Below the pieces are notes generated by a model, which saw nothing but the letters and a program-made list of their open reading frames with translations, ran no database searches and had not been told where the DNA came from. Made by a program: the position numbers and the translations under genes. Of a stretch of 64,000 nucleotides of DNA, positions 57,446-64,000 are shown piece after piece. Each line of letters opens with the position of its first letter. Within the stretch, counting starts at the first letter, position 1. The stretch is from Candidatus Hydrothermarchaeota archaeon. Its GTDB lineage: Archaea > CAYFZR01. Location of the stretch: the NCBI GenBank assembly GCA_046760505.1, contig JBHIEG010000006.1, positions 20,924 to 84,923 on the forward strand, given 5' to 3'.

Positions 57446-58464
57446 TCCTTCTTAGCTAGTATTGTCCTCTCGTTTCTGGTGTTAGATTTAAGGAAGAGTA
57501 CATGCTCAACTTTCAATCCATTCTTGGTGAACATCTCGCTTACTTCCTTTACCGCTACATCAATGTTCTCTACGGGAAATTTATTGGTTCCTGGTACTAT
57601 GGCAAGTTTTGTTGTGTGGATGATCTTTCCACCGTCAACCAAGCAGCGTCTAAATTTAAGGGTGAGCGCTGCTGATTCTTTATGTAAGAGATTGACATCG
57701 TTGGTGACCATATCTAACTCTCCTACCTCATCTAAACTTAGATCTTCGGCTCTCTTTTGTAAAAATCTGACATTTGGTAATTTTGCTACACTTGGCTCCA
57801 ATGGCGCGCTGTCTACGGCTATAACCTCTTTTGCATACCTAGAGAGCACCTTCGTCCAGCCTCCAGGTGAAGCACCTATGTCCAATACTCTCTCTTTTGG
57901 TATCCAATCCCTATGCAATTCAAATACCTCTTCAAGTTTAAGCATTGCTCTGTTTAAGGGTCTTTCGCCATGCCTCTTTATCTTTCTACCTTTCTTATAG
58001 AAAATTTCTTCTTCCTTGCATACACTAACATATGCCTTATTCTGAATTATCTCAACGAATACAATCGAATTCGGCTCCAATAAATCCACTCTTGCGCCGG
58101 TAATGTCCTTAATTCTCTTGCCGACTTCTCTTTCCACATCTTCGCTTTTAAAACTGTGAGAACCCCTTCTTCTGCATCTCACCATAAAGCTCTTGTCTAT
58201 TAAACCGCTAGATTTTCTTGCAAGATCGTCAAACCATCTATTTACTTTACCGGGATATATGTTGAGAACGTAATCAATGGGAATGGCTCTAACCAAGAAT
58301 TTTGTATCGGATTCTTTTATCTTTTTTATCTTTTCTCTTGGATTCTTCGATTTTATGAGCAAGAGTCCCTTGAAGTAAGTTGTTTTTACTTCATCTTTGG
58401 TTATTTCCTCTAATTCTTCTATCGCTTCCTTCTCAAATCCTGAAATAACAGTCGCCACTATCAT
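57436..58464 (-). CDS. THUMP + FtsJ/RrmJ-type RNA 2'-O-methyltransferase (RlmM-like)
   Basis: THUMP (FMVRCRRRG...VDL) plus LDIGASPGGW and a K-D-K-E tetrad. Confidence 0.85.
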   Translation of the reverse strand: MIVATVISGFEKEAIEELEEITKDEVKTTYFKGLLLIKSKNPREKIKKIKESDTKFLVRAIPIDYVLNIYPGKVNRWFDDLARKSSGLIDKSFMVRCRRRGSHSFKSEDVEREVGKRIKDITGARVDLLEPNSIVFVEIIQNKAYVSVCKEEEIFYKKGRKIKRHGERPLNRAMLKLEEVFELHRDWIPKERVLDIGASPGGWTKVLSRYAKEVIAVDSAPLEPSVAKLPNVRFLQKRAEDLSLDEVGELDMVTNDVNLLHKESAALTLKFRRCLVDGGKIIHTTKLAIVPGTNKFPVENIDVAVKEVSEMFTKNGLKVEHVLFLKSNTRNERTILAKKECL

Positions 58465-58476
58465 TTTTTCCTCTCT

Positions 58477-59568
58477 TTAATAATCTAGTCCATGAATGGG
58501 GAATACTTTTTCTTTTATCAATTTTACTCTCTCTTTTACCTCATCAAATAACCTTTTATCCTTATTTAATTCCACTTTATCGTGAAGAAGTTCGAACTTT
58601 TCTATTGATTCCTCTGGTAGGGCTTCTGAAATTCTCACAAACATAATGGACCAGCATCTCGCTACATTGTCAGGATTGTAACCTCCTCCCCCCAGTATCA
58701 CGTACCTTCCATCTGCTGTTTCGTGCGCTAGTTTATGCACGATCTCAGAGACTTCTTGATATGCCCTTGTTGTCAAGGATAAGCCTACAAGTGGATCCAA
58801 GTAATGGCCATCTACGCCAAATTGATGGATTAAGATCTCTGGATCGTAAGCCTTTATCAGGGGAGGAACAATTTCTTTAAAAGCATAGAGATATGCTTCG
58901 TCATAGGTATTAGATGGGAGGGGTATGTTTACCGAATATCCCCTTCCCTTTCCAATGCCAATTTCTTCTATACCTCCCGTACCAGGATAGAAGAAGGGTT
59001 CATACTTGTGGAGAGATATCTTCAGTACAGGCTCTTCATAAAGAATTTTCTGCGTGCCATCCGCATGATGCCCATCTATATCCACGATGGCTATCTTTCT
59101 CACATCGTATTTTCTCTCTATGTACTTCACCCCTATCACTACGTCGTTGAAGACGCAAAAACCGCCTGCAGAATCTTTATCTGCATGGTGAAAGCCCCCT
59201 CCTGGATTAAAGGCATGATTTACTTCCTCGTTCATTACGAGATCTATTGCAAGCAAAGAGGCTCCAGTTCTCAGACATGAAAGCTCAAAAATTCCCTTGT
59301 AGGCGGGAGTATCTCCATAATCTAAGAATCCTGTTCCTATTTTGCTCATTTTTCTAACAAAATCTATGTACTCCTTCGTGTGGACTAAAAGCAGATCTTC
59401 CTCTCTTGCATGCGTCGGAACATATACCCTCGCTTTATCGTTGAAAACACCAAGTTCTTTAAGAATATCATATGTTTTCTTGTATCTCTCAGTTATCTGG
59501 ATGGGTGGAGGGGTAAAACTTATCTCTCCATAACCCTCATGGTGAATGAAACCCACCCTTCCGCTCAA
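58477..59568 (-). CDS. Histone deacetylase family protein (AcuC-like)
   Basis: GGFHHA, GFCVFND, DIDGHHADG, GVDGH, GGGGY. Confidence 0.93.
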   Translation of the reverse strand: MSGRVGFIHHEGYGEISFTPPPIQITERYKKTYDILKELGVFNDKARVYVPTHAREEDLLLVHTKEYIDFVRKMSKIGTGFLDYGDTPAYKGIFELSCLRTGASLLAIDLVMNEEVNHAFNPGGGFHHADKDSAGGFCVFNDVVIGVKYIERKYDVRKIAIVDIDGHHADGTQKILYEEPVLKISLHKYEPFFYPGTGGIEEIGIGKGRGYSVNIPLPSNTYDEAYLYAFKEIVPPLIKAYDPEILIHQFGVDGHYLDPLVGLSLTTRAYQEVSEIVHKLAHETADGRYVILGGGGYNPDNVARCWSIMFVRISEALPEESIEKFELLHDKVELNKDKRLFDEVKERVKLIKEKVFPIHGLDY

Positions 59569-59572
59569 TCTA

Positions 59573-60502
59573 TCACTTTCCCATCTTTTTAAGTATCCTC
59601 TCCTTTGCCTCCTTAGCCTCCTTAGATTTAGGGTTTATCCCCAATGCTTTTTCATAACATTCAATTGCCTCTTCAAGCATGTTCATGCTCGTCAGAGTTG
59701 TTCCCCTGTTTATCCAGGCAAGATAATTGTTCGGGTCTATTTCTAGGATCCTATCGAATAATTCAATTGCCTCTTCATACTTACCTAACTTGGTGAGACA
59801 GAAACCTTTATTGCTTAGAGCCAATACATGATCAGGGCTCAATTCAAGTAATTGGTTGTAACATTTAACTGCCTCATCAAACCTGCCAAGCATTATCAGG
59901 CAAGCGCCTTTGTTGTTTAATGCTAGCTTAAAATTTGAATCAATCTCTAATGCCCTATCGAAGAATTCTATTGCATTCTCATACTCTCCGAGTTTAAAAA
60001 AGGACATCCCTCTTTCATATAGTTTATTTGCATCTATTCCTTTTTTTTCAACGTCTTCTACTTTTATTTCAAATACTAAGGTCACTCCTGCTAGTGGATG
60101 ATTGAAATCTACTTCGACAAAATCTTTCGAAATCGTAACTATTTGGGCCGGACCTTTCTCTGTATTAATGATCATACCCTCTATAGGCTCTATATCACTT
60201 TCCTCGAAAACTTCGAGGGGGATCTGCTGAATTAAGTCTGATCTTCTAATACCGTATCCTTCTTCTGGAGGAACTAAGATTCTTTTTTCCTCTCCTTTCT
60301 CCATTCCCACCAATGCCTTCTCAACTCCTTCAATTACCTGAGCCATGCCGATTTCTACCGTGATAGGCGTGTAATCTCTATCCGAATCATAGATTTTCGC
60401 GAATCTTGCAACTTCTTCGTATGATGTGTCGACTATCTCCCCTGAAATCAACATGGCGGTGTAGTTTATCTTCGCGATGTCTCCGATTTGTATTTTCTCC
60501 AT
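59573..60502 (-). CDS. SlyD-type FKBP peptidyl-prolyl isomerase fused to TPR repeats
   Basis: VPPEEGYG, VDFNHPLAG, followed by about four TPRs. Confidence 0.92.
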   Translation of the reverse strand: MEKIQIGDIAKINYTAMLISGEIVDTSYEEVARFAKIYDSDRDYTPITVEIGMAQVIEGVEKALVGMEKGEEKRILVPPEEGYGIRRSDLIQQIPLEVFEESDIEPIEGMIINTEKGPAQIVTISKDFVEVDFNHPLAGVTLVFEIKVEDVEKKGIDANKLYERGMSFFKLGEYENAIEFFDRALEIDSNFKLALNNKGACLIMLGRFDEAVKCYNQLLELSPDHVLALSNKGFCLTKLGKYEEAIELFDRILEIDPNNYLAWINRGTTLTSMNMLEEAIECYEKALGINPKSKEAKEAKERILKKMGK

Positions 60503-60610
60503 TTTCTCACCAACCTCTCTGACGCTAGATTTTAAGTAAATCTATGCCAGAATCGTTTTGAGATAATAGGAGGATAACCCTTTATATAAGTCTTTAATGA
60601 TGTAGGGAAT

Positions 60611-61663
60611 ATGGAGGTAAAATTCGGGATTCAGTTGCCTCTACATCCAATGGATCTTATTTTCGAGACTGCAGTATATGCCGAGAAAAATTATTTTGAT
60701 TCAGTCTGGACTCCAGATCATCTAGTAGGAATAGGAATCAGAAGATGGGACTGCTTTGAGGCATGGAGCGTACTGAGCGCACTCGCATTAAAAACGAAAA
60801 GAGTAACACTGGGAACCTGTGTAAGTGATCCACACAGAAAACATCCAGCAGTTCTAGCCCAAAACCTAATGACCTTAGATGTTTTATCCAAGGGAAGAGC
60901 ATGTTTAGGAATGGGAGCAGGAGAGGCCATGAATCTAGATCCATACGGAATAAACTGGGAAAAACCAGTTTCTAAGATGCGAGAGGCGATTGAAATTATA
61001 AAGATGCTACTAACTCAAGATAGCGTAAACTACGATGGAAAATTTTTCAGACTTGAAAAAGCCTTCATAGAGCCTAAACCTATAAAAAAACCCCATCCAC
61101 CCATATGGATTGCAGGAAATTCCGAGAAAACCATGAAACTAACCGCGGAAGTAGGTGATGGGTGGGTACCTACTGCGAGGCTTCCTGAAGACTATAAGAA
61201 AAACCTAAAAAAGATAAGGAAATGGGCGAAGGAAAAGGGGAGAGACCCTTCTCAGATTGAGCCGGGAATATTTCTCTATACAGTAGTTGCTGAAGAATAC
61301 GAAGAAGCCAGGAAACTTCTAGAACTTCCGGCAAAAATGTTAATGATTCTTTCCCCATTTAGAGAAGAAAGATTGAGAGAGTTTGGCGTTAATTTAGAAA
61401 AAATAAGCACACCAAACATGTTCGGCTTTGTTTTTAACAGGGAAAATGTCGAGAAGATGATTGAAGAGACGCAAGAAATACCTTTTAGTGCCGTAGAAAA
61501 ATATTTCGTATTCGGATCTCCAGAGGAATGTATATCCAGATTTGAAGAATATGTAAAAGCAGGAGTAAGACACTTCTTTCTGACTTTGCTGATTTCTCGA
61601 GAAGAATACAGGGATATGCTTGAACTTTGCGCGAAAAAGGTGGTTTCTTACTTCAAATATTAA
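60611..61663 (+). CDS. LLM-class (probably F420-dependent) oxidoreductase
   Basis: WTPDH, HPAVLAQ, GMGAGEAMN, PPIWIAG, GDGW. Confidence 0.9.
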   Translation: MEVKFGIQLPLHPMDLIFETAVYAEKNYFDSVWTPDHLVGIGIRRWDCFEAWSVLSALALKTKRVTLGTCVSDPHRKHPAVLAQNLMTLDVLSKGRACLGMGAGEAMNLDPYGINWEKPVSKMREAIEIIKMLLTQDSVNYDGKFFRLEKAFIEPKPIKKPHPPIWIAGNSEKTMKLTAEVGDGWVPTARLPEDYKKNLKKIRKWAKEKGRDPSQIEPGIFLYTVVAEEYEEARKLLELPAKMLMILSPFREERLREFGVNLEKISTPNMFGFVFNRENVEKMIEETQEIPFSAVEKYFVFGSPEECISRFEEYVKAGVRHFFLTLLISREEYRDMLELCAKKVVSYFKY

Positions 61664-61677
61664 AAATATGAGAAAGA

Positions 61678-63351
61678 TTAGGCGGCTGACCTAATCTTTC
61701 CTTCCTTCTCCCAATCTCTTATGAATCTCCTTATAAGTTTTCCAGTTGGCGTCCTTGGCAGCTCGTCTACGTAACCGAAGAGCCTTGGAAGTTTGTAGAC
61801 CGCTACATAGTCCCTTAGGAAGGTTTTTAACTCTTCCTCAAGTTCTTTTGATGGTTCATAGCCTTCGTTAAGTACGAGAACCGCCTTCGTGTTTTGTCCT
61901 CTTACTGGATCTGGAACCCCTATAACGCCTGCATCTTTGACTGCTGGGTGCTTTTTAAGGGCTTCCTCGATTTCTTCTGGTCCGATACGGTAACCAGAGC
62001 TCTTTATCATATCGTCGTCTCTTGAAACGAAGTATATGTATCCTTCCTCGTCCTGATAGACCATGTCACCCGCTATGTTATAGCCTTCTTTCACACCTTC
62101 CTTTTGCTTCTTCAGAAGCCTGTTATTGTCTGCATGGGGTTTCCAGTACACGGTACCTGTCGGTCCCTTAACTCCCATGGTTCCAATTTCTCCTGGCTTG
62201 CATTCCTCTCCTGTATCAGGGTCGAAGATCTTTATTTCGAATCCTGGCAAAGGCTTTCCTATGGATCCAGGTTTTGGCTCTGGAGCGGTAACGTTTGATG
62301 TAACCAAGTGTACCGCTTCAGTCATTCCTAGACCCTCGTATATGGGCATTCCAGTCTTTTCCTCCCAAGCCTTGAAAGTCTCAGCCCCTAGGGACTCTCC
62401 TCCCGTGGTATACATCCTTATGCTACTCAGATCGTATTTGCTGAAATCTTCTTTCAATAAAACCCTGTATGCGGTTGGAAGACCCGTTAAAACGTTTATC
62501 TTGTGGTCTTCAATCGTCTTTAACATTGCTTCCGGAGTGAACTTTGGTAGCAACGATATGGTTGCTCCAGCAATCCATGGAATTATAGCGAAAGTTCCGT
62601 AGCCAGCTGCAAAGGATACGGGAGCAGAGCCTCCAAGTACCTCTCCAGGTTTAAGTTTCCAGACATGTTTTGCAACAAGATCTGCCTCTATGAGCACTCC
62701 TTGAGCGAAGTGTACGCAGCCTTTAGGAGGACCGGTTGTACCGGATGTATAGAGTATAACCGCTGGATCTGTCTTTTTAATCTTTACAGGTTCAAACTCA
62801 GGTTTTCCTTTCTTCAGCAACTCTTCATAGGATACGTAGCCCTTCTTCTTTATCTCTTCGGGATCTCCGCCTATTACTATAATGTGTTCTATAGATTCTA
62901 ACTCTGGTTTGGCCTTCTCAACTTCTTCTAGCAAACCAGCAAAAACTATTATCGCCTTAGCCTCTGCATTATTCAACGCATATGCTATTTCAAATTTAGA
63001 CCACAGAGGAGACATGGGTACGGGAATTGCACCAATCTTCATGATGGCGAAGTTTGCCACTACTGCTTGGGGAATGTTTGCTGTTCTTATACCCACTCTG
63101 TCGTATTTCTCCAATCCGAGTTCTACCAGACCATTTGCCAGTCTGTTAACGTCCTCGTATACTTGTCTGTAGGTTATTTTTTTGTCTTGGAAGAGTATTG
63201 CGACGTTGTCTCCTCTTCCTTCTTTTATGTTCTTGTCCAGAAGTTCTTCTGCTAAATTTAATTCGTCTGGTAGATCTTCGTAACCCGGAGGCGTTACTAA
63301 ATCAGGCCAGAGATCCTTATCCACGATATAATCTTTGGGTATTTCGCCCAT
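61678..63351 (-). CDS. AMP-dependent acyl-CoA synthetase (benzoate/acetate-CoA ligase superfamily)
   Basis: YTSGTTGPPKG, EGLGMTE, GD, RDDDMIKSSGYRI, PRTPTGK. Confidence 0.92.
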   Translation of the reverse strand: MGEIPKDYIVDKDLWPDLVTPPGYEDLPDELNLAEELLDKNIKEGRGDNVAILFQDKKITYRQVYEDVNRLANGLVELGLEKYDRVGIRTANIPQAVVANFAIMKIGAIPVPMSPLWSKFEIAYALNNAEAKAIIVFAGLLEEVEKAKPELESIEHIIVIGGDPEEIKKKGYVSYEELLKKGKPEFEPVKIKKTDPAVILYTSGTTGPPKGCVHFAQGVLIEADLVAKHVWKLKPGEVLGGSAPVSFAAGYGTFAIIPWIAGATISLLPKFTPEAMLKTIEDHKINVLTGLPTAYRVLLKEDFSKYDLSSIRMYTTGGESLGAETFKAWEEKTGMPIYEGLGMTEAVHLVTSNVTAPEPKPGSIGKPLPGFEIKIFDPDTGEECKPGEIGTMGVKGPTGTVYWKPHADNNRLLKKQKEGVKEGYNIAGDMVYQDEEGYIYFVSRDDDMIKSSGYRIGPEEIEEALKKHPAVKDAGVIGVPDPVRGQNTKAVLVLNEGYEPSKELEEELKTFLRDYVAVYKLPRLFGYVDELPRTPTGKLIRRFIRDWEKEGKIRSAA

Positions 63352-63543
63352 CGCCCTCACCTCAGAATCTCTCTAAAGTTTGTTAATGTTGGGGGGTTAT
63401 ATAAGTCTTATGTTATTTTTTATGACAAATGTATTTGTCTGATTCCCAAGGGTGTTTGCTCTTTTTATGCAGTTTTGTCTCGTCTTGTTTTTTCCGTCAA
63501 ATTTTCGATTAGAGAAAGCATCTTAAGTAAGAACTTTTCTCAA

Positions 63544-63964
63544 ACAAATGAGGCAAGAAGGTGGCTAAATCAAGCCGAAAGCGTCCTAAGAGCATCAAAA
63601 GATAGCAGTAGTGCCAAACACTATGAATGGTCTTGTTTTCAAGCTCTACATTACGCGGAGAAGGCTTTGAAGGCATTTTTATTTTTGAAGGGGGTTAGGG
63701 GAATTTTAACTTATTCTGTCAGGAATTAATCCTGGAATGTAATAAATACGAAAATTTTAATGATCCGATGGATTTGGAAGGTCGTTGAATGCACTTTGCA
63801 TTCCTACACGATATCCAAATGGATTGCCAGGAACAAATATTCCAGCGGAGTTTTATACAAAGGAGGATGCTGAAAGATGCATAAAATACGCAGAATCAAT
63901 ATTGAAAAAGAACAATAATCCTTTCGTCTTGGACGTTTTAGAAAGAGGGAGTACTGATCCTTAA
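63544..63964 (+). pseudogene. HEPN-domain pseudogene (two frameshifts)
   Basis: EARRWLNQAE...CFQALHYAEKALKA ends at TAA 63729; continues in other frames as ELILECNK... and IPTRYPNGLP...YTKEDAERCIKYAESIL. Confidence 0.8.
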
Positions 63965-63987
63965 ATTCTCGGTTTGAAATGAAAATA

Positions 63988-64000
63988 AGCCGCCGGTGGG
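63988..64000 (-). tRNA. Possible 3' end of a tRNA (Thr-like), truncated by window edge
   Basis: Reverse complement CCCACCGGCGGCT resembles T-stem 3' strand + acceptor 3' strand + U73; only 13 nt visible. Confidence 0.35.

Noticed and set aside
1-64000. CRISPR array, rRNA, integrase or transposase
   Set aside because: No regularly spaced repeats, long GC-rich RNA genes or recombinase motifs found by eye

Overview
Gene-dense, AT-rich chromosomal segment of an anaerobic archaeon. The CGP-CTERM anchor, complete ACDS cluster and F420-type LLM enzyme suggest a Thermococci/Hydrothermarchaeota-like lineage; this is an inference. From left to right the window holds: a pcn-rpa-tfs-nudix-sec11-DUF99-DUF166-cooC run directly downstream of a complete CO dehydrogenase/acetyl-CoA synthase operon (cdhABC-cooC-cdhDE); dph6 and a core methionine synthase; an arsM gene divergent from a Cys-rich PadR regulator, with two operator palindromes; purP-purH with a coupled upstream mini-ORF; tRNA-Gln; an octaheme cytochrome c with a CGP-CTERM anchor; FTR1 with a DtxR-like box; thermosome, rpoK (missed by the ORF track), tfb and polB; and a type IV pilus locus (ATPase, two TadC-like proteins, four pilins, an inserted VapBC pair). 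Next to the pilus locus is an 11.5-kb signalling island: AAA ATPase, roadblock protein, KaiC-small GTPase fusion, four more KaiC/GvpD-like genes, a receiver protein and a MEDS-PAS-PAS kinase. The window ends with tRNA-Arg, pheS, HDAC, SlyD-TPR, an LLM oxidoreductase, an acyl-CoA synthetase and a HEPN pseudogene. The two most notable signals are the KaiC/MglAB-like island coupled to the pilus, and three conserved genes within about 4.3 kb (rpoK, tfb, DUF362) whose conserved N-termini are reached only from non-canonical ACG/ATA start codons. No CRISPR array, rRNA, intein or intact transposase was seen.
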